Assembly: GCA_963800015.1 (NCBI GenBank)
Contig: CAWCZE010000001.1
Span: forward strand, 5,111 to 69,110
Reading direction: 5' to 3'
Source of the DNA: an uncultured Verrucomicrobiae bacterium
GTDB lineage: Bacteria; Verrucomicrobiota; Verrucomicrobiia; Chthoniobacterales; UBA10450
Length of the DNA: 64,000 nt
Shown here: positions 41,819 through 53,578 of the stretch, piece after piece
Layout of the letters: every line of letters starts with the position of its first letter
How positions within the stretch are numbered: the stretch's first letter is position 1
Notes under the pieces: generated by a model
Seen by the model: only the letters and a program-made list of their open reading frames with translations
The model's database searches: none
Told to the model about the DNA's origin: nothing
Translations under genes and position numbers: made by a program

Positions 41819-43858
41819 CTAGACGTTCACTGTCTGAATCGAAGTTACCGGCACAAACTCGCTCTCTTTCAGCACGGCTGGCTTAGTCCCGCGAATCAAA
41901 TTCCACCACTGCCAGGCTGAGCCAAGCACGATCAGAAACACGAACAGCATGAAAAATCCGGCAACGATTGCATCGAATTGCCAAACCCATGCTTGTCGCG
42001 ACAACTCGGCTGCTTTCGCTGAATTGCTGCCCGCCTGAGCTGCGAGCAATTGCGCGCCGCTAAGAAATCCAAGTTTCGGGTCGGCTGAAAAAATTTTCAG
42101 ATAACCGGCCGAGAATGTGACTGCGCACATGAAACAGAGCGGCGCGAGGGTAATGAACAAATACCGCGTCTTTTGCATCTTGATCAGGATCGTGGTGCAC
42201 AAACAAAGCGCGATCACGGAAAGGAGTTGGTTGGCCAGACCGAACAGCGGCCAGAGTGTGTTTACGCCGCCGAGTGGATCGATAACGCCTTGATACAAAA
42301 ACCAGCCCCAGGCCGCAACCAAAAGCATACTGGTCACAAAATTTGCGGCCCACGATCGGGTATTGCCCAGTGGTCGCCACACGTTGCCTAACAAGTCTTG
42401 CAACAAAAATCGTCCCACTCGCGTGCCGGCATCGATCGTCGTCAAAATAAACAATGCCTCGAACATGATCGCAAAGTGATACCAAAGTGCGAGCGCCGTC
42501 GGACTAGATGTGACCCTCGCGAACATATGCGCCATGCCGACCGCAAATGTCGGCGCGCCGCCGGCACGATTGTACATGGTTTGTTCGCCGAGCTGCTTCG
42601 CCAGACCCGCCATATCGTCTTCGGTAACCGGAAACCCTTGCGCCGAAACTTTCTGCACGATCTCGGTCGGCGCGCCTTTCATATTGATTGCGAAGTATTC
42701 ACCTGGTTGCAGAACACACGCGGCAATCAACGCCATCAAAGCGACCATCATCTCAGTAATCATCGCGCCGTAGCCAATGTCGCGAATCCGCGATTCACGC
42801 GGCAACATCTTCGGCGTTGTCCCGGAGGCGATCAGCGAATGAAATCCTGAAACCGCGCCACACGCGATCGTGATACAAACGAATGGGAACACCGGTCCGG
42901 CAAAAACCAAACCGCTCCCGTCGATGAATTTTGTCAACGCCGGCATTTGCAGCGTCGGATGGATGAGAATCACTGCAATCGCCAACGCAGCCACGGTTCC
43001 GAGTTTCAAAAACGTGCTGAGATAATCGCGCGGCGTGAGCAGCATCCAAACCGGAAGGATCGACGCAGCCAATCCGTAAATCATGATCGCCCACGCGATC
43101 CAGGTCGCGTCATGGCGAAACCACGACTCGATCGTTGGGAAATGCGCCAGGAATTGTCCGCCCCAAACTCCAAACCCCAGACCGAGCAGACCGAAGATCG
43201 TGATCGCGGTTACATTTACTTTTCCACTGCGCAAACCAAAACCCATGATCAGCGCGGTCGGAATCGTCATTGCGATCGTAAACATTCCCCACGGACTTTT
43301 CGCCAGCGCTTGAACGACGACCAGCGCAAGCACAGCCAGCAAGATGATCATGATCGCGAGCACACTGATCAATGCCAGGACCCCCACGCCGGGCCCGATT
43401 TCTTCCTTCACCATCATGCCGAGCGTTTTTCCGCCGCGTCGTACCGATGCGAAAAGGACAATCATGTCGTGCACCGCGCCCCCGAGCGTTGCGCCGATCA
43501 AAATCCAAAGCGTTCCCGGCAAAAACCCAAACTGCGCCGCGAGCACGGGACCCACCAGCGGCCCGGGCCCAGCGATCGCCGCGAAATGATGGCCGAATAC
43601 CATCCAGCGATTCGTCGGCACGAAATCTTTGCCGTCATTTTTCACCATTGCCGGCGTCGCTCGTTCGTCGTTGAGCACGAGAATTTTCGCCGCAATCCAT
43701 TTGCTGTAAAACCGGTAACTGATCGCAGCGGCGCAAAATCCGGCGGTCACAATCCAAAGCGCGCTTATTTGTTCGCCGCGGGACACCGCCAGCACCGCGA
43801 CCGAGCCCAAACCAAGCAATGTCACTGCAATCCACAACAGTTTTTTCCAGAGAGGCAT
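41819..43858 (-). CDS. cstA: carbon starvation protein A (peptide/pyruvate transporter)
   Basis: Intact 679-aa polytopic ORF: VFGHHFAAIAGPGPLVGPVLAAQFG, CGAVSGFHSLIASGTTPK. Confidence 0.9.
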   Translation of the reverse strand: MPLWKKLLWIAVTLLGLGSVAVLAVSRGEQISALWIVTAGFCAAAISYRFYSKWIAAKILVLNDERATPAMVKNDGKDFVPTNRWMVFGHHFAAIAGPGPLVGPVLAAQFGFLPGTLWILIGATLGGAVHDMIVLFASVRRGGKTLGMMVKEEIGPGVGVLALISVLAIMIILLAVLALVVVQALAKSPWGMFTIAMTIPTALIMGFGLRSGKVNVTAITIFGLLGLGFGVWGGQFLAHFPTIESWFRHDATWIAWAIMIYGLAASILPVWMLLTPRDYLSTFLKLGTVAALAIAVILIHPTLQMPALTKFIDGSGLVFAGPVFPFVCITIACGAVSGFHSLIASGTTPKMLPRESRIRDIGYGAMITEMMVALMALIAACVLQPGEYFAINMKGAPTEIVQKVSAQGFPVTEDDMAGLAKQLGEQTMYNRAGGAPTFAVGMAHMFARVTSSPTALALWYHFAIMFEALFILTTIDAGTRVGRFLLQDLLGNVWRPLGNTRSWAANFVTSMLLVAAWGWFLYQGVIDPLGGVNTLWPLFGLANQLLSVIALCLCTTILIKMQKTRYLFITLAPLCFMCAVTFSAGYLKIFSADPKLGFLSGAQLLAAQAGSNSAKAAELSRQAWVWQFDAIVAGFFMLFVFLIVLGSAWQWWNLIRGTKPAVLKESEFVPVTSIQTVNV

Positions 43859-43907
43859 TTCGTCTGTTAATGATCGGCAATGAGCGCGTCATTTGCAATC
43901 CGCGCGA

Positions 43908-43969
43908 CTGTAGCGGCGCTCTCTGAGCGTCGAACGAATTAATCCGGCGGTCATAGACCGCCGCTACAG
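43908..43969. repeat. REP/BIME-like double-hairpin palindrome
   Basis: CTGTAGCGGCGCTCTCTGAGCGTCGAACGAATTAATCCGGCGGTCATAGACCGCCGCTACAG. It starts 2 nt after the valS stop. Confidence 0.75.
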
Positions 43970-43971
43970 CT

Positions 43972-46624
43972 CTAGAGTTTCTCCCTCGCCTGCTTCAACA
44001 ACCTCAGCTGGTCCAGATAATTCGTCTGGCGCTGGCGATTCAGTTCTACCACGTCCCTCGGCGCGCGATCGACAAACGATTTGTTGTTCAGCTTCGATTC
44101 TACAATGCGCAGATCGGCTTCAATTTTTGCGATTTCCTTATCCAGCCGCGCGCTCTCCGCGGAGGCGTCGACATCTACGATAAGCAAGAATTTCACCAAG
44201 AGCAGTTGTGGCAATCGGCACACCCGCGTCGGCGCTAAAACCCGGATCCACCTTCAATTCGGACGCGTTGAGCAAACGCGCGACTGTTCCCTGCTCGTCG
44301 GTCAATTCGAATTCCTTCGACCGCAAAGCGAACTTTGCTTTCTGATTCGAAGGAATGTGCGCCTGCGCGCGCAAATTGCGGCCTGCCTGAACGGTTTCGT
44401 AAATCGCAGCGACCAGTTTCCGTTTCTCCAGATCCGCATCTTTCAGAGGGAACTTCTTCGGCAAAGGTGCGAACTGAATCGATCCCGTTCCCAAACCGAG
44501 CAGGGACCAAAGCTCCTCGGTGATGTGCGGCATGAACGGATGCAACAAACGCACGATTGCGGACAGGACGTAATCCATCACCGCGAGTGCGGATTTCTTC
44601 CTTGATTCGTCTTCGCCAAAAATCTCGGTCTTCGCCGCTTCAACGAACCAGTCGCAGTAATCGCTCCAGATAAAATCGTAGAGCCGCTGCGCGATGTTAT
44701 TGAATTCGTAATCGCGATAGCCTTTCTCGACCGCGTCGATGGTCTCGTTCAGCCGCGCCAAAAGTTCGATCGCGTAGATCGATAAGTCTTCTCGAGTTTC
44801 GGTTCAGCCATCACTCGGGCCGTGCATTTGGCGAAAACGCGCGACGTTCCAAAGCTTGGTCGCGAAGTTGCGGCCTTCTTCGATTTGCTTGTCGTCGAAT
44901 CGAATGTCCTGGCCGCTCGGCGCGATTCGCATCAGACCGAATCGCAAACCGTCCGCGCCGTATTTATCAATTAAATCCAGCGGATCGGGTGAATTGCCTA
45001 ACGACTTCGACATTTTCCGGCCCTGCTTGTCGCGAATGATGCTGGTGAAGAAAACGTCGTGAAACGGAATATTGTCCTCGGTCTTTGTGGTTTGGCCGGG
45101 CTTGAACTCGAGCCCGGCAAAAATCATTCGGGCGACCCAGAAGAAAATAATGTCCGGCCCGGTAACGAGGGTGGTCGTCGGATAAAATTTCTTTCGCGTT
45201 TTTGGATCCATCGTTTCATAGGCCCACAGCCACGACGAAAACCAGGTGTCGAGCGTGTCGTTATCCTGGATCCAATTCTCCGGATCCTTCGGCGGTTTCA
45301 AACCGACATAAATTTCGGATTTCGGATTTCGGATTTCGGATTTTTCCGTTCCGGTACCACGCCGGAATCCGGTGTCCCCACCAAACCTGGCGGCTGATGC
45401 ACCAGTCCTGAATATTCTTGATCCACTGCTCGTAAACTTTCTCCCAATGGTTGGGATAGAAACGGATGAGATGTTTCTTCACCACCGCGAGCGCTTCTTT
45501 GGTCTTCGGATATTTCAAAAACCATTGTTCGCTTAGCCGCGGCTCGATCGGCACATCGCTGCGATCGCTGAAGCCGACATTGTTTTCGTGCGGCTCGGTT
45601 TTTGCCAGCAGTCCCCTCGCCTCCAATAATTCCGCCGCTCGTTTGCGCGCCTCAAAGCGATCGAGGCCGTGCAATTCCGGAACGGCCGGGCAATCGATTT
45701 TTCCGTCCGCGGTTAGAACATCGATCATCGGCAATTTGTGCCGCTGACCAATCTCGAAATCGACTTTGTCGTGCGCCGGCGTGACTTTCAGAATGCCGGT
45801 GCCGAATTCGGGATCGATCGCATCGTCCGCAACAACCGGAATTTTTTCGCGCGGCAATCGGACGCCAAACCTCTTTGCCGACAAGTTCGGCGTACCGCTT
45901 GTCGTTCGGATGAACTGCAACGCCGGTGTCGGCCATGATCGTTTCCGGCCGCGTCGTCGCGACTTCCAAAAATTTCCCGGGCTGATCGACAATTTCGTAG
46001 CGAACGTAATACAGATTGCCGCGTTGCGGTTTGTTGATGACTTCCTCGTCCGACAACGCCGTTTGGGCCGCCGGATCCCAGTTAATCATCCGGCGTCCGC
46101 GATAGATCAGGCCTTTTTTGTAGAGATCGACAAAGACTTCGAGCACTGCGCGCACGTACGATCTCATCCATCGTGTATCGCTGGCGCGACCAATCGCACG
46201 AGCAGCCGAGCCGTTTCAGTTGCTGAATGATGATGCCGCCGTGTTTGTCCTGCCATTCGAGCACGCGCTGGAGGAACTTTTCACGGCCGAGATCGTGTCG
46301 CGTCACGCCCTCATTTTTGCGCAGCCATTTTTCGACCGCGGTCTGCGTTCCGATTCCGGCGTGATCCATCCCCGGAAGCCAAAGCACTTCAAAGCCCTGC
46401 ATCCGCGCGCGCCGCGCCAGGATATCCTGAATCGAATCGTTTAACACGTGGCCGAGCGTGAGAACACCGGTGATGTTCGGCGGCGGCATCACAATCGAGA
46501 ACGGCTTCTTTTTCGAATTCGCATCGGCCTCGAAGTCGCGGTTATCGATCCAACGCTGATACCATTTCGGCTCAACGGTTTTTGGATCGTAGGTTTTGGA
46601 AAGCTCGGCCATTTTCGGTTTCAA
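43972..46624 (-). CDS. valS: valine--tRNA ligase (at least 5 frame changes as assembled)
   Basis: The N-terminus is [21 protein letters not shown]...[13 protein letters not shown] (HIGH-like). The sequence also has [22 protein letters not shown] and [12 protein letters not shown] (KMSKS). The C-terminus is a coiled coil. Pieces are in ORFs 46082, 45652, 45261, 44804, 44138 and 43972. Confidence 0.9.
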
Positions 46625-46707
46625 TCATCGACAGCCACAGCGCGTTTGCAAATGCCGTTACCTGACGACTTGCGACAAATGCCTAGCACGGTGATTCTTG
46701 CCGCTGC

Positions 46708-47513
46708 ATGAGCAACACACGCCCGATCGGTGTTTTCGATTCTGGCATCGGCGGATTGACCGTGGTCAAGGCTCTGCGCGATTTGCTGCCGAACGAGAAC
46801 ATCTCCTACCTGGGCGACACCGCGCGTGTGCCTTACGGCCCGAAGAGTCGCCGAAACTGTCCAGCGTTACGCGATCGAGCTCGGCGAGATGTTGATGAAA
46901 GACAACGCAAAGGCACTGATCGTGGCCTGTAACACCGTTTCGTCAGTCGCTCTTCCAACATTAACAAAAAAGTTTCCAGTGCCGGTGATCGGGGTGATCG
47001 AGCCCGGGGCGCAGCGCCGCGGTCTCGGCGACGCGAAATCTGCACGTCGGCGTCATCGGAACTCGCGGAACGATTCGGAGCGGCGCCTACGAAAAAGCGT
47101 TGCGCGCGGTCAACGGCAACGTGCGGGTTAGCAGTCAAGCTTGTCCGTTGCTCGTTCCATTGATTGAGGAAGGACTGCTCAATGACGAAATCACCGATCG
47201 AATGATTTTGCGATATCTGGAACCGTTACTTAAGGCCGACATCGACACGCTTGTTCTGGGTTGCACTCACTATCCGTTGCTGGCCGGCGCAATTGGCCGC
47301 GTGCTAAAACGCCAAATCATGGTGGTAGATTCCGCCCAGAATTGCGCGCGCGCGACCGAGATTATGCTCGATGAACAATCACTTCGTGCTGCGCCCATGA
47401 ACAATGGTGAATTGCGGGTCGCGCTCACCGATGCGGCCGATAATTTCCTCAACGTCGCCCGCGACGCGTTGCAATTGCAATTTGGCGAAATCGAAATCCG
47501 CGCTTTGTCGTGA
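46708..47513 (+). CDS. murI: glutamate racemase (about 3 frame changes)
   Basis: [60 protein letters not shown]. Confidence 0.85.
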
Positions 47514-47591
47514 CAGCCGGTCGAAGATCACTGTCGACATCCGCCTTCACAGGACTCGCGCGAGGTCGAAACCGCGGTTAGAGCCAGCGGA

Positions 47592-49605
47592 ATGACAAGT
47601 CCGCAGTCGCGGTCGACCCAACCGTTTCAGCAATTCGTCGCCGACATGATCCTGTGGCTGGCGCTGCTCCTTTTATTTCTAACGTTTCGCATCACGCTAT
47701 TCGCAGTTTTTCGCGGTGAACTATCGGAACTCCCCAGCCTGCACGCGTTTGTTCGCTGTTTGAACACGGGTTTGCGTTCGGATGCCACCGCCGCGACTTG
47801 GGCAATTCTCCCGTCGCTGGCGCCTGACGATTGTCGGATTATTTGTCCGTTGGGATCTGGCACCGGCGTGTCCGCCAATTCACCACCGCGATCGCGCTGC
47901 TGCTGTGCGGAATCATTTTCGTCGCGGATGTCGGATATTTCGCCGAGTACGACAACCAGTTCGATCATTGGATCTTTGGCCTTGTTTACGACGATCGGGC
48001 GGCGATTTGGGAGACGATTTGGAAAAGCTATCACCTCGTCCTGCTCGTCGGCTTTGATGCTTGCCGGCGTCACCATTGGGAGCTGGCTCCTGAACAAGTT
48101 GTGCGGCAAAGCTGAGACTGGCCATTCGCCAGGTTTTCTGGGAACAAAAACAGCCCGCGTTATCACGGTGGTTGTGATTGTTGATCTGGGCGTTCGTCGG
48201 GACGCGAGTCTGGCTTGGCAGAAATTTGGCCGGCCTAAAAAATGCCGAATCAACCGGCGACGTTTTCCTCAACAAGATCGTGCTCAATCCATTTTTCGCG
48301 TTGCGATATGCGATGTGGCAGGAGCACACGATGCAAAAATCCGCCGGTCTGCGGACGATTTTGCCCGACGGCAACATTCGAGGCGCAGCGGCCGCGATTT
48401 ATCCCGGCTACAGCAAAATTCGGCCAATCTCGACGATTGTCTGAAACGAAGCGCGCCCGGCATCTCGGGAGCGAAGCCGGATCACATCTTTATCGTTGTG
48501 ATGGAGAGTTACGACGCATGGGCGATGCAGCCCGAATATGCGGGCCTTCATCTCACTGATCGATTAAAGCAGCTCGGCGATTCAGGAATTCGCGCTCAAG
48601 GTTTCGTTTCATCGGGAATCAGCACAATCGAAAGCCTTGGCGTAATCATCACCGGCCTCCCGTTCGCGCGGGCGTTTGTTAATTTTCAACCGATCGTGCG
48701 CCGCGGATTGCCGACGGCGGCTGCGCCGATTTTCAAACAACTCGGATACAAGCCGCGTTTTTTCTACGGCGGTTATTTGAGTTGGCAACGCATCGGCGAA
48801 TTCTGCCGTGAGCAGGGGTTTGAAGAAGTTTACGGCGGAGATCAGATGGTTCCGCATTCGCGCCAAAAAGAATGGGGCGTGGACGATGAGAGCTTGTTTC
48901 GATACGTGGTCGAGCACACCGGCGCCGAGCCAACCTTTAATCTGATCATGACCACTTCATATCATCCGCCTTACAGCGTGAATCTGGAGACGAAAGGTTT
49001 CGATCCGAACGTCATGAAATCGGATTCGCTCGGCAAGAAACTTTCGGACGAGCAGATTCGCGTCCTCGGTCATCTTTGGTATTCGGACAAATGCGTCGGC
49101 GACTTTGTCTCCCAAGTGGAATCGAAACTGCAACGCCCGATTTTTGCGATCACTGGCGATCATTATTCGCGGAAGCAATATGTTTCAGCGCGGCCAACTC
49201 ACACTTTGTACGAAAGCCTCGCCGTTCCGCTGGTGATTCACGGGCCCAAAGCGCTCGAACACAGCTTTGAGCGGCCGGCGGCGATTGCGGGCAGTCATCT
49301 CGACATTGTGCCAACGTTTATCAACCTCGTCGCGCCTCGCGGATTTTGAATATCATGCTTTCGGTCGCGATCTGTTTGATCAATCGCAACTGCAGGCCGG
49401 TTACGGATGCAATGCGGTGATTGGTCCAGATTTCGTTTTGAAGATCAACGATCCGGCGCATGTGGAAGATCTGCATGGACAACCAGCGGCGGGCGTTGAC
49501 GGAGCAAGCCTCGCCCTGCATTACCGGCAGTTGCATGCCCTCGGTTGGTGGCGCGCAATGAAGGGAAATGAATGGCCGCAGAATAAAACTGGTAGCGGCG
49601 ATTGA
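47592..49605 (+). CDS. LTA-synthase-family sulfatase / phosphoglycerol transferase-like membrane enzyme (frame-disrupted)
   Basis: An N-terminal polytopic region is spread over 3 frames. The sulfatase domain has IFIVVMESYDAW, MTTSYHPPY, FAITGDHYS and GSHLDIVPT. The C-terminus comes from ORF 49267..49605. Confidence 0.65.
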
Positions 49606-49643
49606 CCTCAATCGACCGTCTGTTTTCGCCTCGATGCGTTTCT

Positions 49644-49668
49644 GGCGGGTCGGTGACCCGCCGCTACC
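49644..49668. repeat. half REP unit
   Basis: GGCGGGTCGGTGACCCGCCGCTACC. Confidence 0.55.
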
Positions 49669-49993
49669 TGCACGTTTCGCAATCAAGCTCATAAGAATGA
49701 TCGATCATTTTCCGAATTTCGGCGTCCGGAATTCCGGCTTCGATATCGACCGTGTTCCAATGTTTCTTGTTCATGTGATAACCCGGGTCGCACTTGCTCG
49801 TAGCGGTCGCGTAATTCGAGCGCGAGGTCCGGGATCGCATTTCAGGTTCGCCCGCGCAGGAATTTCGTCGAGCGCAGTGATCGCGAATATTTTTCCGGCA
49901 ACCTTGAACACGAGACGTGTCCGGCCCGAACGGCGTGCCTTCAGTCGCGTGCGGTTTGCTCAGGCAGTATTCGCGAAATTCTTCGATGTTCAT
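49664..49993 (-). CDS. MmcQ/YjbR-family DNA-binding protein (internal compensating frame changes)
   Basis: The ends are MNIEEFREYCLSKPHATEGTPFGPD... and ...PGYHMNKKHWNTVDIEAGIPDAEIRKMIDHSYEL. The family-typical middle, VFKVAGKIFAITALDEIPARANLKCDP, is only readable in another frame. Confidence 0.65.
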   Translation of the reverse strand: MNIEEFREYCLSKPHATEGTPFGPDTSRVQGCRKNIRDHCARRNSCAGEPEMRSRTSRSNYATATSKCDPGYHMNKKHWNTVDIEAGIPDAEIRKMIDHSYELDCETCR

Positions 49994-49994
49994 C

Positions 49995-50057
49995 TTTGTA
50001 GCGGCAGTCTCTGACTGTCGAAATAACCTGTCGGCGGTCAGAGACCGCCGCTACAAA
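49995..50057. repeat. REP/BIME-like double-hairpin palindrome
   Basis: TTTGTAGCGGCAGTCTCTGACTGTCGAAATAACCTGTCGGCGGTCAGAGACCGCCGCTACAAA. It fills the whole glyQS-stop to yjbR-start gap. Confidence 0.75.
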
Positions 50058-50060
50058 AAA

Positions 50061-51422
50061 TCAGCTGACGCGCTCGGTTAATAGCGCCGCCAAATCCTTA
50101 ATCGCGACTCGTTCCTGTTTCATCGAATCGCGATCGCGGAGCGTCACGGTATCTCTCGATGCGCCATCGTTCTCACCGAGCGTTTCGAAATCAACGGTAA
50201 CGCCGAACGGCGTTCCAACTTCATCCTGGCGTCGATAACGCCGGCCGATCGCCCCGGCTTCATCATAAAAAACAAACATGTGCGGCCGCAAAAGTTTGAC
50301 GATCTCCTTCGCTTTAGCGACGAGGGGTTCTTTATTTTTCAACAACGGGAACACCGCGCACTTGATCGGCGCGATGCGTGGATGAAATCGAAGAACGGTG
50401 CGAGTTTCCATTTTTCCTTTGTCATCTGGCGCCTCATCTTCAGTGTAAGCTTCGCAGATTAGCGCGAGCACGGTCCGATCGACTCCCGCGCTTGGCTCGA
50501 CCACGTGCGGAATAAATTTTTGTTTTGTCTCCTCGTCGAAATACTCGAGCGATTTGCCACTGGCCTTTTGGTGCTGCGACAAATCGTAATCAGTCCGATA
50601 AGCGACGCCTTCGAGTTCCTGCCGGCCGAACGGGAATTCGTACTCGATGTCGTAAGTCCCCTTGGAATAAAACGCGCGTTCCTCATCCGGCACATTCAAA
50701 ACGTGCAATTTTTCCTTCGGAATTCCGATCTCCTCATAAAATTTGAGACGCTGGTCCTTCCAATACTCCAGCAGCTTCATCCCCTCATCCGGCCGGCAAA
50801 AATACTCGAGCTCCATCTGTTCGAACTCGCGGGAGCGAAACGTAAAGTTTCGCGGATTAATCTCGTTGCGAAACGCCTTTCCGATCTGGGCGATGCCGAA
50901 AGGCAATTTCTTCCGCGAAACGTCCAGCACGTTCTTGAATTGCACGAACATTGCCTGCGCCGTCTCCGGTCGAAGATAAGTCACACTCGACTCGTCCTCA
51001 GTCGCGCCGACATAAGTCTTGAACATCAAATTGAACGAGCGCGGCTCAGTCAGATCTTTGCCGCCGCAATTTGGACACTGCTTGCCTTTGCCGTTGTCGA
51101 CAATTTGATCAGCGCGAAGCCGGGCTTTGCAGGTCCGACAATCAACCATCGGATCACTGAACGTGTCCTCGTGTCCGCTTGCTTTCCAAACTGAACGGTT
51201 CATCAAAATTGAACCGTCCATGCCGACAACGTCATCCCGCTCGTGGACCATCACGCGCCACCAATAATTCTTCAGGTTGCGCTTCAGTTCGACGCCGAGC
51301 GGGCCGTAATCCCACGAACCGTTCAGTCCACCGTAGATCTCGCTGGATTGGAAAATGAAACCGCGCCGCTTGCACAAGCTGACGATTCTCTCCATGCGTT
51401 GAGCGTCTGGCTTGTCGCTCAT
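50061..51422 (-). CDS. glyQS: glycine--tRNA ligase (homodimeric class II type)
   Basis: Intact 453-aa ORF: [68 protein letters not shown]. Confidence 0.9.
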   Translation of the reverse strand: MSDKPDAQRMERIVSLCKRRGFIFQSSEIYGGLNGSWDYGPLGVELKRNLKNYWWRVMVHERDDVVGMDGSILMNRSVWKASGHEDTFSDPMVDCRTCKARLRADQIVDNGKGKQCPNCGGKDLTEPRSFNLMFKTYVGATEDESSVTYLRPETAQAMFVQFKNVLDVSRKKLPFGIAQIGKAFRNEINPRNFTFRSREFEQMELEYFCRPDEGMKLLEYWKDQRLKFYEEIGIPKEKLHVLNVPDEERAFYSKGTYDIEYEFPFGRQELEGVAYRTDYDLSQHQKASGKSLEYFDEETKQKFIPHVVEPSAGVDRTVLALICEAYTEDEAPDDKGKMETRTVLRFHPRIAPIKCAVFPLLKNKEPLVAKAKEIVKLLRPHMFVFYDEAGAIGRRYRRQDEVGTPFGVTVDFETLGENDGASRDTVTLRDRDSMKQERVAIKDLAALLTERVS

Positions 51423-51438
51423 AAAAAGCAGAAACGGT

Positions 51439-51530
51439 CCACAGATTTCGCAGATTAGCGCAGATTTTCCAACACCCGAGAAATTTCTGTGTCTGTTTTC
51501 CTAATCGGCGAAATCTGCGTCAATCTGTGG
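51439..51530 (-). repeat. composite leader hairpin (CACAGATT/CGCAGATT repeats), same family as 27322-27403, 16 nt upstream of the glyQS ATG
   Basis: CCACAGATTTCGCAGATTAGCGCAGATTTT...AATCGGCGAAATCTGCGTCAATCTGTGG. Confidence 0.7.
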
Positions 51531-51543
51531 ATAAATGAATCTC

Positions 51544-51990
51544 TTATTTCTCCACCGTGACTTCGGTCTTCACCGAGTTGGCGATAAAGCACTGCTCGTG
51601 GGCCAGATGATGCATTTTGTCGAGCTCTTCGGCGCTGGGCGTTTTGTCGCCGCCCCATTTCAGCTTCGGCTTCAACGTCACTTTCGTGATCGCCAGCCTG
51701 CCTTCGGCGTTCTTTTCCATGTGACCAACTGCGTCGTCGACGTATTCGTCGAGAACAAACTTCTGCTTACACGCGATCGCCAGAAACGTGAGCATGTGAC
51801 AGGCGGACAACGAGGCAACAAACGCTTCTTCCGGATCGACATTTTTCGGATCGCCGAGATAGGCCGGCGCTGCCGTGCCGGTCATTTCGTGGCCGCCATC
51901 AAATTTCCACGAGTGATTGCGCGGATATTTCTGATACTCGAACGGCGCGTCACCGCGCTTCCAGGTGAGGGTCATTTTGTGCTCGGACAT
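51544..51990 (-). CDS. OsmC-family peroxiredoxin
   Basis: Part of ORF 51544..52053, with the start at MSEHKMTLTWKRG. The sequence has EEAFVASLSACHMLTFL...LAHEQCFIANS, which carries the two conserved Cys. Confidence 0.75.
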   Translation of the reverse strand: MSEHKMTLTWKRGDAPFEYQKYPRNHSWKFDGGHEMTGTAAPAYLGDPKNVDPEEAFVASLSACHMLTFLAIACKQKFVLDEYVDDAVGHMEKNAEGRLAITKVTLKPKLKWGGDKTPSAEELDKMHHLAHEQCFIANSVKTEVTVEK

Positions 51991-52075
51991 ACCTTCTAGA
52001 TAGAATGGCATCTGTTGTAGGGCAAGCGCTCCGCTTGACTGGTCACTGCTCACTGATCACTGTTCACTTCTTCAG

Positions 52076-52147
52076 GCGCGGTTAGCTCAGTGGTAGAGCG
52101 CTTGCTTCACACGCAAGAAGTCGCAGGTTCGAACCCTGCACCGCGCA
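52076..52147 (+). tRNA. tRNA-Val (anticodon CAC)
   Basis: GCGCGGTTAGCTCAGTGGTAGAGCGCTTGCTTCACACGCAAGAAGTCGCAGGTTCGAACCCTGCACCGCGCA. The cloverleaf is complete and no CCA is encoded. Confidence 0.9.
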
Positions 52148-52173
52148 TTGTGCTTTTTGAGCGTGCGCGCCCC

Positions 52174-53516
52174 GTGATTTCTGCGCAATCTCAAACCGTG
52201 GCAGACGATTCCGTTTTCGTTAAACATCCGCCCGGCTTTCGACCGCGGCGCGGATTGAACTGGGCCTTCGTCGGTCTGCTTTACACGTCGTTTTACATGT
52301 GTCGCTACAACTTGCCGCTGGCAAATAGCGCGATCAGTAGCGAGTTCGGGTTCAACAAAGCGCAGATGGGAAATATCATTACCACCGCGCTGCTCGCCTA
52401 CGCCTTCGGCCAGATCATTAACGGACTTTTGACCGACCGCCTCGGAGGCAAACGCGCGATGCTGATCGGCGCCGCGGGCACGATTGTGATGAACGTTGTC
52501 TTCGGAGCCGCTTCCTTCTGGGGTTTGCTTTGGCTTTTCGTCGTCATTCGGGGAATCGACGGCTACATGCAGGCATTCGGCGCGCCCGGAATGGTGAAGA
52601 TCAATGCCGCGTGGTTCCGCCCGACCGAGCGCGGAAGCTTCGCCGGCATCTTTGGTTTTATGATCAACCTCGGTCGCTTCGGGATTAACAATCTCGGCGC
52701 CGCTTTGCTGGGTGGCTTTTTGTTTTTGGGAATGATCCGGATCCCGCCATTGCACTGGCGCTGGCTATTTTGGGTCCCCGCTGGAATTGCCCTGATTGTC
52801 GGCACGCTCATGGCGCTGATCGTCAAGGACGCGCCGGAAGACGCCGGATTTCCTTCAGTGAATCCGCAAGAGGAAACCGGCGGCGAGGTTCGGGCCCGGG
52901 TCTGGGATGTTTTCAAAATTATCGTAACAAACCCGGTGGTCTGGATTATCGCGTGCGCCTACGCATGCACCGGAGCGGTGCGACAGGGCATCGACCAATG
53001 GTTTCCGCGCTTCATGCTGGAAGTGCATCATGTCGATTTCAAATCCGCGCAATTCCAATTACTCGGGGCGGCCATACCCATCGTTGCCTCCGCCGGCTCG
53101 CTTGTTTCGGGTATTATCTCGGACAAAGTTTTTCGAGGTCGGCGAGCGCCGGTTGCATCGGCACTGTATTTGGTCGAGACGCTAATCATTCTCGCTGCGG
53201 CGCAGTTCCATTCGGTGAACGCGGCAATCATTTTCCTGGTTTTGATTTCGCTGACGGCGAACTCCACTCACTCGATTCTCGGCACGGCCGCGGCGATGGA
53301 TATTGGCGGCGCTAAGATGGCGGGTTTTGCGTCCGGCCTGATCGATTCTTTCCAATACTTCGGCGGCAGTCTCGCCGGTTATTTTCTCGGCAAACTTCTC
53401 GATCTTAGTTGGGGCTGGTATTTCTATTTCATGGCGCCATTCGGCTTGATAGGAGGCGCGCTGATGCTGTCGATCTTAGGAAAAGTGAGCCTGGCCAAGC
53501 CGAGAGACGGTTGTAG
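52174..53516 (+). CDS. MFS transporter (organophosphate/GlpT-UhpC-like); both ends uncertain
   Basis: Part of ORF 52090..53769, whose 5' end overlaps tRNA-Val. It has GTG candidates at 52174 and 52198 and 12-TM-type sequence (GQIINGLLTDRLGGKR, DGYMQAFGAPGMVKI). The reading frame runs through REP 53511-53578 into the convergent gene, so the true stop is probably near 53500-53520. Confidence 0.65.
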
Positions 53517-53578
53517 CGGCGTTTGTTCTCAAACGCCGAATCAGATGAATAGGTGCTTGAGAACAAGCACCTCTACAA
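53511..53578. repeat. REP/BIME-like double-hairpin palindrome (divergent inner stems)
   Basis: TTGTAGCGGCGTTTGTTCTCAAACGCCGAATCAGATGAATAGGTGCTTGAGAACAAGCACCTCTACAA. Its right end supplies the TAG stop of the radical SAM gene. Confidence 0.7.

Noticed and set aside
52090-52173. The 5' end of ORF 52090..53769, overlapping tRNA-Val.
   Set aside because: The first 20 or so codons are the tRNA sequence itself (VERLLHTQEVAGSNPAP). The MFS gene must start downstream.
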